A DNA stretch of 62,952 nucleotides, counting the filler, from Octopus bimaculoides (lineage: Eukaryota): assembly GCF_001194135.2 (NCBI RefSeq). It is 7 parts of 7 records of this genome, joined end to end, with 100 filler letters (N's around TTAATTAATTAA, not from the genome) between each part and the next. Parts side by side here need not be neighbours in the genome. Positions count along the whole stretch, not along the records: positions 27,352 to 41,660 come from NC_068987.1; 6 more parts are not named here. One strand, written 5' to 3'. A model generated the notes under the pieces. That model made no database searches. It had not been told where the DNA came from and was given only the letters and a program-made list of their open reading frames with translations. The position numbers and the translations under genes are program-made. Shown piece after piece: positions 27,352 to 37,282 of the stretch (position 1 is its first letter; every line of letters begins with the position of its first letter).

Positions 27352-27770
27352 GCGGTTATTGAACTGAGGCTAAGCTTGGGCATCACCTTGAAAGGGTTTA
27401 GTCAAACAAATCAACACCAATTTCTTTTTTCCTTTTTTTTTTTTTTTTGAAGTCTGGTACTTATTCTAGCAACATCTTTTGCCAAACTGCTAAGTAATGG
27501 GGACACAAACAAACCAACATTGGTTGTCAAGTGGTAGTGAGGGACAAAGAACACACACAAAGAACACACACAAAGAACACACAGACACACATGCATACAT
27601 ATAAGACAGGCTTCTGCACACTTTCTGCCTACCAGATTCACTCACAAGACATTGGTCTGCCCAGGGCTTATAGTAGAAGACAGACACTTGCCCAAGGTGT
27701 CACATGACAGGAGTGAACCCAGAATTACATGGTTGCAAAGTGAGCTTGTCATCCACACAGCAATACCAGC
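27352..27770 (-). mobile_element. SINE family B, near full length, decayed
   Basis: TATAGTAGAAGACAGACACTTGCCCAAGGTG, AAACCAACATTGGTTGTCAAG and TTGAAAGGGTTTAGTCAAACAAATCAAC are reverse complements of family B segments. Confidence 0.8.
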
Positions 27771-28409
27771 ACCATAAATTCTTTATTGAGTTCTTTTTTT
27801 TTAAATGAGGAACCTACTGTTCACAGGGACAACAGGTTCAAGTTCAGCCACATATTTTTTTTCTCATATGAAAATAAAGGTGCAATCCAACATATAAGAT
27901 TTCTTAAAGCATTGCTACCAGAGTTGTACCGTAGCAACATAAAACATTAAATTATGCCTTTGAATTCCTTCCATTATTAAGATTGTTTAAGGTATTTCCT
28001 TTATACATTATTCATTCAACACATTTTCAAGCATTTTAAATAATGTTATCACAATGTAAATGTGAAGAGACATGAACTGGTATTTTCTTATGAACAATTG
28101 TATGTTATTCTTTCTAGAGCACACTCACTTATTGACATAAAGATAAAAATAAGATAACTCTCAAGGCAGAAGAGGTGACAAGTGTATAACAAAGGAAATA
28201 TAACAAAGAAAATAATCTTCAAAGATTTTCTCTCTTAAAATTGGAAATTTAATACTGTGAACTTTGAACCATCTCAAAAATCAAATACTTCAGAAAAAAT
28301 AAAATTTCAAAAGAAATTACATATTTCATAGTTCCTTATAACCTTCAAACAATGTTATAGTTTTCAAAATAATTGTGGAATTTTCACAGATACTGCCCAT
28401 ATAATTTAA

Positions 28410-28623
28410 TACAGTTATATATTTAAGAGATGAGGACTTATATACATTATTTACATTTGACGGATATTTGTTCTCATCTTGTTTGTTGTTAACACAACGT
28501 TTCGGCTGATATACCCTCCAGCCTTCATCAGGTGTCTTGGGGAAATTTCAAACCTGGATTCTCATTTGTATGGTATTTTTCGATGTTGTTGTTATTATTA
28601 TTGTTGTTGTTGTTGTTGTTGTT

Positions 28624-28701
<78 letters not shown>

Positions 28702-28762
28702 ATTATTATTATTATTATTCAGGTCACTGCCAGGAATCCAACTCGGAATATTGGGGTTAGTA
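28410..28762 (-). mobile_element. Family D element, copy 2: partial tRNA-like head, (AAT/AAC/AGC)n linker, hammerhead body and tail
   Basis: Minus strand reads TACTAACCCCAATATTCCGAGTTGGATTCCTGGCAGTGACCTGAAT (B-box-like), microsatellite, then the body ending CCTCATCTCTTAAATATATAACTGTA, which is collinear with copy 1. Confidence 0.9.
28491..28536 (-). ncRNA. Minimal type I hammerhead ribozyme motif, best-preserved copy
   Basis: Minus strand: GACAC (stem I) CTGATGA (core) A GGCTG-GAGGGTATAT-CAGCC (5-bp stem II) GAAACGTT (core, ACGT palindromic stem III, GUU triplet) GTGTT (stem I). Predicted cut between 28496 and 28495. Activity untested. Confidence 0.75.
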
Positions 28763-29394
28763 NNNNNNNNNNNNNNNNNNNNNNNNNNNNNNNNNNNNNN
28801 NNNNNNNNNNNNNNNNNNNNNNNNNNNNNNNNNNNNNNNNNNNNNNNNNNNNNNNNNNNNNNNNNNNNNNNNNNNNNNNNNNNNNNNNNNNNNNNNNNNN
28901 NNNNNNNNNNNNNNNNNNNNNNNNNNNNNNNNNNNNNNNNNNNNNNNNNNNNNNNNNNNNNNNNNNNNNNNNNNNNNNNNNNNNNNNNNNNNNNNNNNNN
29001 NNNNNNNNNNNNNNNNNNNNNNNNNNNNNNNNNNNNNNNNNNNNNNNNNNNNNNNNNNNNNNNNNNNNNNNNNNNNNNNNNNNNNNNNNNNNNNNNNNNN
29101 NNNNNNNNNNNNNNNNNNNNNNNNNNNNNNNNNNNNNNNNNNNNNNNNNNNNNNNNNNNNNNNNNNNNNNNNNNNNNNNNNNNNNNNNNNNNNNNNNNNN
29201 NNNNNNNNNNNNNNNNNNNNNNNNNNNNNNNNNNNNNNNNNNNNNNNNNNNNNNNNNNNNNNNNNNNNNNNNNNNNNNNNNNNNNNNNNNNNNNNNNNNN
29301 NNNNNNNNNNNNNNNNNNNNNNNNNNNNNNNNNNNNNNNNNNNNNNNNNNNNNNNNNNNNNNNNNNNNNNNNNNNNNNNNNNNNNNNNNNNNNN

Positions 29395-29750
29395 ACTTGG
29401 CTTGCCGGGTCTTCTCACGCACAGCACATTTCCAAAGGTCTCGGTCAGTAGTCATCGCCTCGGTGAGGCTCAATGTACGAAGGTCTTGCCTCACCACCTC
29501 AGCCCAGGTCTTCCTGGGCCTACCTCTTCCACGGGTTCCTTCAACTGTTAGGGTGTGGCACTTTTTCACGCAGCTATCCTCATCCATTCTCACCACATGT
29601 CCATACCAGCGCAATCGTCTCTCTTGCACACCACAACTGATGCTTCTAATGTTCAGCTTTTCTCTCAAGATACTTACACTCTGACGGGTATTCACATTGA
29701 CATTACACATCCAACGGAGCATACTGGCTTCATTCCTTGCGAGCTTACGT
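29395..29750 (-). mobile_element. 5'-truncated RTE-like LINE, C-terminal ORF intact in the visible part
   Basis: RKLARNEASMLRWMCNV...QERRLRWYGHVVRMDEDSCVKKC...GRGRPRKTWAEVVRQDL...EKTRQAK with no stops. The 3' end runs into gap 28763-29394. Confidence 0.92.
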
Positions 29751-29975
29751 AATAATAATAATAATAATAATAATAACAACACCAACAACAGCAACAACAA
29801 CAACAACAACAATAACAATAACAACAACAACATTGAAAAATATCTTAGGGATGAGAACCCAGGTTCAAAATTTCCCCAAGACACCTGATGAAGGCTGGAG
29901 GGTATATCAGCCGAAATGTTGTGTTAACAGTAAACAAGATGAGGACAAATATCCGTCAAATGTAAATAATGTATA
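29751..29975 (+). mobile_element. Family D element, copy 3 (linker plus hammerhead body), inverted relative to copy 2
   Basis: Near reverse complement of 28441-28720. Confidence 0.9.
29880..29925 (+). ncRNA. Hammerhead motif with a single stem III change (GAAACGTT to GAAATGTT)
   Basis: GACAC-CTGATGA-A-GGCTG-GAGGGTATAT-CAGCC-GAAATGTT-GTGTT. Confidence 0.6.
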
Positions 29976-30103
29976 TAATTTAATGTTGTACAGTAGTTTT
30001 ATCCTTGTAAATTCTGAGTTCAAAGTATTAACCTCTTCTCTCAGAGCTTAATACACTAAATACCTGTCATCATCATCATCATCGTCATAATAATAAATAC
30101 TGA

Positions 30104-30166
<63 letters not shown>

Positions 30167-30214
30167 GTGAGACATAAAGTATTAAAGGCAGAAATAAAAT
30201 TTGTTTCTTCTTAC

Positions 30215-30313
30215 CACACAAGTAGATGAGGCCTGATCCATAAATGGTATTAAATTTTCCAGAAATGCTATCAGAAATATAACCGCCAATGATTGGCATC
30301 ACATAACTCATAC
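30215..30313 (-). CDS. Internal coding exon (99 nt, phase 1-1) of a POT/PTR2 family (SLC15-like) proton-coupled oligopeptide transporter
   Basis: Acceptor TTGCAG|GT and donor G|GTAAG. Peptide MSYVMPIIGGYISDSISGKFNTIYGSGLIYLC(G) fits the PTR2 TM2-TM3 signature (GGxxxDxxxGxxxTIxxxxxxYxxG). Length is a multiple of 3. No other exons were found by eye. Confidence 0.85.
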
Positions 30314-30356
30314 CTGCAATTAAATAATGAATTAATTAGAGGCACACCTAAGCAAT

Positions 30357-30643
30357 ATAAAATGAAATGTAAGTGTCCTATAAAATGAAATGTAAGTGTC
30401 CGATAAAATGAAATGTAAGTGTCCTATAAAGTGTCCTATAAAATGAAATGTAAGTGTCTTATAAAATGAAATGTAAGTGTCCTATAAAATGAAATGTAAG
30501 TGTCCTATAAAATGAAATGTAAGTGTCTTATAAAATGAAATGTAAATGTCCTATAAAATGAAATGTAAGTGTCCTATAAAATGAAATGTAAGTGTCCTAT
30601 AAAATGAAATGTAAGTGTCCGATAAAATGAAATGTAAGTGTCC
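30357..30643. repeat. 23-bp minisatellite (ATAAAATGAAATGTAAGTGTCCT), 12 units plus one 12-nt partial unit
   Basis: Units counted directly; variants end CCT, CCG or CTT. No spacers. Confidence 0.95.
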
Positions 30644-30926
30644 AATCATATTTAACTGTAAGTTTCTGTCTTGCAACCATACTCCTCCTGGAATCAACTA
30701 TGGTTTCCCATGCAGGCTCCCTGTTGTGTCACAGAAGCAAATGTCAGTGGCGTACCAGTCGGTATTGTTTACAGTTGGAACAACAATGCTTTCTGATCAT
30801 CTTTGAAAGGAAAAGGCACACAACACATTTAGTAGGAGTTACATGTATTGTTTAGTTTGATTCCACTTCTGTTAGAGGCCTGCGAAGCTTTAAGTTGTAT
30901 GGATCCAAATCAACCTCTTTAAAGTA

Positions 30927-30961
<35 letters not shown>

Positions 30962-30978
30962 TTATGTATGTATGTGTA

Positions 30979-31024
<46 letters not shown>

Positions 31025-31824
31025 NNNNNNNNNNNNNNNNNNNNNNNNNNNNNNNNNNNNNNNNNNNNNNNNNNNNNNNNNNNNNNNNNNNNNNNNNNNN
31101 NNNNNNNNNNNNNNNNNNNNNNNNNNNNNNNNNNNNNNNNNNNNNNNNNNNNNNNNNNNNNNNNNNNNNNNNNNNNNNNNNNNNNNNNNNNNNNNNNNNN
31201 NNNNNNNNNNNNNNNNNNNNNNNNNNNNNNNNNNNNNNNNNNNNNNNNNNNNNNNNNNNNNNNNNNNNNNNNNNNNNNNNNNNNNNNNNNNNNNNNNNNN
31301 NNNNNNNNNNNNNNNNNNNNNNNNNNNNNNNNNNNNNNNNNNNNNNNNNNNNNNNNNNNNNNNNNNNNNNNNNNNNNNNNNNNNNNNNNNNNNNNNNNNN
31401 NNNNNNNNNNNNNNNNNNNNNNNNNNNNNNNNNNNNNNNNNNNNNNNNNNNNNNNNNNNNNNNNNNNNNNNNNNNNNNNNNNNNNNNNNNNNNNNNNNNN
31501 NNNNNNNNNNNNNNNNNNNNNNNNNNNNNNNNNNNNNNNNNNNNNNNNNNNNNNNNNNNNNNNNNNNNNNNNNNNNNNNNNNNNNNNNNNNNNNNNNNNN
31601 NNNNNNNNNNNNNNNNNNNNNNNNNNNNNNNNNNNNNNNNNNNNNNNNNNNNNNNNNNNNNNNNNNNNNNNNNNNNNNNNNNNNNNNNNNNNNNNNNNNN
31701 NNNNNNNNNNNNNNNNNNNNNNNNNNNNNNNNNNNNNNNNNNNNNNNNNNNNNNNNNNNNNNNNNNNNNNNNNNNNNNNNNNNNNNNNNNNNNNNNNNNN
31801 NTATATGTATACACACACACATAC

Positions 31825-31995
31825 ACACATGAGCACGTGGACGGGATTTTTCAATTTCTGTCTACCAAATCCACTCACAAGGTTTTAGTGAAACTGAGGC
31901 CATAGTAGACAACACTTGCCCAAGATGTCACACAGTGAGACTGAACCTGAAACAATATGACTGGAAAGTGAATGTCTTAACCACACAGCCATGCT
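31825..31995 (-). mobile_element. SINE family B, 5' half
   Basis: TCTACCAAATCCACTCACAAGG...ACACTTGCCCAAGATGTCACACAGTGAGACTGAACC. Confidence 0.75.
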
Positions 31996-33191
31996 TGTAC
32001 CTAGTTAAAGACTAATATCATTTTTCTGTTTTCTAATAAAATTAATTTGAGAAAATAATGAAATGACAAGTGACAGACACATGATTTGAACTCTAAATGC
32101 AGAGTCGCTGCTACTTTTCGAATTTAGATACATGCTTGTGTGCTGGTATTGCCCTATTTTGAAGACGTTCACATCACAGCTGTGTGGTTTGGGGCTTTGC
32201 GTTCTGAATTCAGTCCTACCATGTAGTAATTTGAGTTAGTGCCACCTACTTATAGTATATCTCGGACACAGACCATGTGTCAATAAACCAGCTGGAAAAG
32301 TTGTTTTCCTGGGGTTAAAAAGTAGTCCTATATAGTACTGCCCCGTTACGTTGGCAAATAAACTTTAATAATCATCTACTATTGTTGACTGGGTTTGGTT
32401 AGTGCCTTGTGAGTGAAATTTGGCAGATGTGTGTGTACATGCTTGTGTATGTGAGAGTGTGTTTGTGTCTCTGTGATGAGTAGTGTGTGTATGTACATGT
32501 GTGTGTGTGTTTGTCATTGTGTGTCATTGCATTGACCCCCTCTCATCTATATTGCATCACTACTACTTGGGGAGTGGTGATATACAAGGTGTGATTATAG
32601 CTGTTGTTGTTGTTGGCACTATTATATCAAGCAAGGTTACTGGAAAATGTTCTACTGGTGTTTACAATTCAACAGAACTTCTATTTGTCTAAGGAGGAGA
32701 AGACAATGCAACCTGGAAATCCTGTTTCAAGTTTTTGTTTGCATCAATTACTATACACAGTAGTAGTAGTAGTAGTAGTAGTAGTNNNNNNNNNNNNNNN
32801 NNNNNNNNNNNNNNNNNNNNNNNNNNNNNNNNNNNNNNNNNNNNNNNNNNNNNNNNNNNNNNNNNNNNNNNNNNNNNNNNNNNNNNNNNNNNNNNNNNNN
32901 NNNNNNNNNNNNNNNNNNNNNNNNNNNNNNNNNNNNNNNNNNNNNNNNNNNNNNNNNNNNNNNNNNNNNNNNNNNNNNNNNNNNNNNNNNNNNNNNNNNN
33001 NNNNNNNNNNNNNNNNNNNNNNNNNNNNNNNNNNNNNNNNNNNNNNNNNNNNNNNNNNNNNNNNNNNNNNNNNNNNNNNNNNNNNNNNNNNNNNNNNNNN
33101 NNNNNNNNNNNNNNNNNNNNNNNNNNNNNNNNNNNNNNNNNNNNNNNNNNNNNNNNNNNNNNNNNNNNNNGTAGTAGTAGTAGTAGTAGTA

Positions 33192-33297
<106 letters not shown>

Positions 33298-33738
33298 TAG
33301 TAGTAGGTGTTGTCACTGTCATACAGTGTTATTTCATTGGCTGTCATTCATTCAGGGTTTGAAGTGTAACTGCCTCGCAATCAAAGACTATTTGACATAA
33401 AGATGTTATAAATTAGGGTAAACAAAGTAAACACAGTTACTAAGCAAAGAACCAAAATATTGCTGTTGTTGTTGTTGCTGTGTTGGCAACTGACCAATCA
33501 AATAATCAGGAACCAACAATACACCTGGCAATTATATAGATCTGCTTTGCTTCAATCTCATTCATTCATTCGTTCATTTTCATTTTTGCCAATTTTTCCT
33601 CGTTGGCATGAGTTAGCTTCTTTATCTTTTACTTTTTTCAGTCATTGGACTATGGCCATACTGGAGTACCACCTTGAAGGGTTTTTAGTTGAACTAACTG
33701 ATTCTCAGTACTTAGTTTTTTTAAAAGTCTCGTATTTA

Positions 33739-33956
33739 CAAGGGGGTGCAGAAAAGTTCTTGGCTCTGGGTAAAAAAAAAATACAGGAGGATTGGTTAAT
33801 TATGATTTTATTCAACATATTTCCCTCTCAGATTCACACATTGTGCAGTGGTCCTTCGATTTTTCTAAGCCCTGTAAAAGAACTTGAAAGGTTGGGACTC
33901 CAACCGGGCCTTTCGCATCACCCTTAAAACCAGGAACTTTTCAGCACCCCCTCATG
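33739..33956. mobile_element. Mariner-derived MITE (family E) with TIRs of about 27 bp and TA flanks
   Basis: Left end TA-CAAGGGGGTGCAGAAAAGTTCTTGG, right end CCAGGAACTTTTCAGCACCCCCTCATG-TA. The interior minus strand resembles a mariner C-terminus (FLQGLEK..CVNLRGKYVE*). Confidence 0.85.
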
Positions 33957-34544
33957 TATGTATATGTATAGATATATATACATATACATGGAAAGTTTAA
34001 AAGAATTTTTAAACAAATAGCATGAGACCTTTTGGTTTTCTCTTCTCTCAAATTCTAGCCTTCCTGTTGTTTTAGATCTATGTATAGATGTATATATATA
34101 TATATATATNNNNNNNNNNNNNNNNNNNNNNNNNNNNNNNNNNNNNNNNNNNNNNNNNNNNNNNNNNNNNNNNNNNNNNNNNNNNNNNNNNNNNNNNNNN
34201 NNNNNNNNNNNNNNNNNNNNNNNNNNNNNNNNNNNNNNNNNNNNNNNNNNNNNNNNNNNNNNNNNNNNNNNNNNNNATATATATGTAAGTATACTGTAAA
34301 GTATTAATATTTTTAATATATGATATATATATTATAAAAATATGTTAGTGTTATTTAATTTCTGAATGGTTTTGCTGCCATTTGTTTATGTAGTTTGATT
34401 TCTTTATCCATCAGTTTCTACTAAGATAGAGATAAGAGTAAAATTAATAACAGAGAAACGAAAATAAAACTTCGAAAGCAGCCTAAAGCGAAATAATTGA
34501 GAAAGACTTAAAAGTCAATGTAAGATCATAATCATGTAAAGTAA

Positions 34545-34748
34545 ATATAACAAATAATTCAGAATCCTTCTCCAGTACCGAATCGATCCCAAAATCTAAT
34601 CAGTTCGTGCCAGTCATAAAGCCAAACATCCCTGAAAGTTCCATCCGAATCCATCAAGCAGTTCTTGAGATATCTTGTTCACAGACAAACAAACAGACAA
34701 ACAAATATGACTGGAAACAATACCTCTACCTTCACTAAGGTAGAGGTA
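34545..34748 (+). mobile_element. 3' half of a non-autonomous Helentron/HINE-like element with terminal hairpin
   Basis: (CAAA)n-like tract, then a perfect 12-bp hairpin TACCTCTACCTT-CACT-AAGGTAGAGGTA (34721-34748). Overlaps in sequence with 36971-37188. Classification inferred from architecture. Confidence 0.6.
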
Positions 34749-34799
34749 ATAATAATAATAATAATGATAATAATAATAATATTAATTCATTGTATGATA

Positions 34800-35355
34800 A
34801 GCACAAGACTTAAAGCTTTGGCAGATGGGGCTCGCTGACTCTAGTGCTCAGCTCATACTTAATTTATTGACCCTGAATGGATGAAAGCCAAAGATGACCT
34901 CAGCTGAATTTGAACTCAGAATGTAAAGATGGTTGAAATGTTGCTAAGCATTTTGCCAAGTGTGCTAATGGTTTTGCTAGTTTGCTGCCTTAAAACCCAT
35001 GAATATATCAGATAAAAGAGCAGAGATAAGAAAGTTAGTTGAAGCAACGCCTTTGCAATATTTAGAAATAGACATATATAACATGTAAATACATGAAAAT
35101 GGTTAATAACATTATATGAATATTTAATTAATACTTAAAAGAGGATTTAATACAAAAACAACAACAACAATTCTTTTTACTATAAGCACAAGATATAAAA
35201 TTTTATGTTGATTCCAATGCTCAACTGGTACTTAATTTATTAATTCTTAAAGGATGAAAGGTAACACTGACCTCAGTAGAATTTGAACTCAGATTGTAAA
35301 ACCAGAAGAAATTCCACTAAGTATTTTGTCCAGTTGGCTAGTGATTCTGCCAGCT
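34800..35355 (-). mobile_element. Two decayed SINE family A copies (about 34800-34995 and 35180-35355)
   Basis: GAATTTGAACTCAGAATGTAAAG and GAATTTGAACTCAGATTGTAAAA cores. Confidence 0.75.
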
Positions 35356-35374
35356 GACAAAAATATGTCTTTGA

Positions 35375-35600
35375 AAACATTTGAGAAATTGAACAAATAT
35401 AAGGAGCTAGAAGATGAAATCAGAAGAACGTAGCATCTCAAAGCAACAACATTATTTATCCTCATTGGGATACTTGGAATGACATCAAAAGAAGCAAACA
35501 AATATGTAGACCAAATCCTTGGCAGCTTCAAAATAAGTGAATTGCAAATAATAATACTTATGAGCACCTCTCATATTCTACATAAAAATCTCTCCATGTA
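35375..35600 (+). mobile_element. R4/Dong-type LINE C-terminal fragment
   Basis: KYKELEDEIRRT*HLKATTLFILIGILGMTSKEANKYVDQI...LMSTSHILHKNLSM resembles the end of the RLE domain. Confidence 0.65.
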
Positions 35601-36010
35601 AATGCAACCTAACACATTTTTTTTTCTCTCCCACAGACATCAATTGCATGAAACTTCACCTGTTAGCATCTTCGGATGCAAAACTTTGTTGTCCCTTGAT
35701 GACTCTGGTTGAAACTTGGGTGCAACTTGTGTAAATTAAATCAGTGGTTCCTAAAGTGGGCGGTATTGCGCCCCTGGGGGGCAATGGAAAAGTGGGGTGA
35801 TAATGGGGTAGCGATTCATGTAAAAACAACAAAATAACAGGTTCACTAGGTTAAGTTTTATTTATGAAATACAGTTGCTTTGAATTTGCTTCAGAAAGAG
35901 GTCTGTGTGATGGTTAGTTGGGGTGGGAGCACTAGGAATGTGGCCTGTGTGTCAAGGGGGCAACACCCTGAAAAAGTTTGGGAACCACTGAATTATAGCA
36001 AAGCCAAAAC

Positions 36011-36077
<67 letters not shown>

Positions 36078-36104
36078 TGATGACGACAATAATTATAATA
36101 ATAC

Positions 36105-36583
36105 TGCCCTGGTGCGGTACCAGGCAGTGGCTCCCATGGGTTCTGATCAATACCACAGATTTGCTTGTCACTTGTTTGACCTTAACATGTTGAGCATGTC
36201 CCTTGGTGGTTGACGATATGTGCATCTCTGATCACAAGCAAAAGCAGTGGGGGAGCATCATAGCCATGTGTTGAGAGGAATTCTTTGGGGTTTGGATAAT
36301 TTACCTTTGGAAACATGGGTGTTTCTTTCAACATCCTTAAACAACCTTTATTCAGGGACCTTTTGAGTGGGTGGGGTTTGTAACCTGAAGAAAATTCTTA
36401 CTGGGCCCCACCTACAAGGTCATGCGCTGTTTATCTTGATATGAGATCACCATGTCACGCACACATGGCTGTGATGCATATGTCTGGTGTACCCTTATCA
36501 GACGGGCAGTCATGATGGGTATACTGGGCTTCGTATATGTTACTGCAGTGTCACTTTGATGGCATGCATTGCTCTCTCACTCA
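36105..36583 (-). mobile_element. Family F element, copy 2 (internal deletion near its 3' end)
   Basis: Reverse complement aligns with 9698-10270. Flanked by (AAT)n. Confidence 0.8.
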
Positions 36584-36597
36584 ATATTAACAATAAT

Positions 36598-36955
36598 AAA
36601 GCCAAATATAGCAACTTTTAGGAAAGACAAACAATAGTGCCTAATAATCGATGTGGTAGTGCCAGGTGATCATGAAAGGAAGGAAAAAGATTAATATGAA
36701 GACCTCAGAATTGAGATGTGCCAAGATGTGACAGCTACAAGAGTCAAACATAAAGGTTATCCTTGTTATCAGCAGAGCATTGGGTTCAATACCACCCAAC
36801 CTGAAGAAACAACTGGAAACTTTAGGAATACTCTACAATCCATCTGTTTGAGGTCCTTGTTGTGACTTGACAGACAGTACAAACCCCGGTAGACAGAATA
36901 TCTTCAATCAACAACATCATGATATTGGAAACTGTGCAACGTCTTCAGTAATAAT
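36598..36955 (+). mobile_element. R4/Dong-type LINE restriction-like endonuclease fragment plus 3' UTR ending in (TAA)n
   Basis: KPNIATF..CLIIDVVVPGD...YEDLRIE...LGSIPPNLKKQLETLG. Confidence 0.75.
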
Positions 36956-36970
36956 AATAATGAGGATAAT

Positions 36971-37188
36971 AATAAGAGCACTCAGTGAGTGCAAACCTCC
37001 ACCAAAGCAATACTATTGTCCTCTCAATGATTAGCTGGAGATGATTTTTAAAATGAGAATATCTGAAATAAACTCGACTGCTCTCATAAATGAGAATATT
37101 AAAAATGAATCTGACTGCTCTTAAAAATTAAATAAAAAAAAACGGAAATATAATCCAGAATCCTTGTCTGGTACCTGATTGATCCCAA
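36971..37188 (+). mobile_element. 5' half of the Helentron/HINE-like element
   Basis: Starts AATAAGAGCACTCAG..AAACCTCCACCAAAG, with a subterminal motif resembling the hairpin arm. Ends CAGAATCCTTGTCTGGTACCTGATTGATCCCAA, matching 34560-34592. Confidence 0.6.
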
Positions 37189-37282
37189 TGGTAGTCATGG
37201 AATGTTAATGTGGATGTGTGGGCCATGTTTGTAATGCTGTGTGTTGTCTGCAGTGGGAACAGGGACAGTTTTCTCTATGAAG

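Noticed and set aside
30357-30643. CRISPR-like array
   Set aside because: Units are directly adjacent with no unique spacers, there are no cas genes, and the context is eukaryotic.
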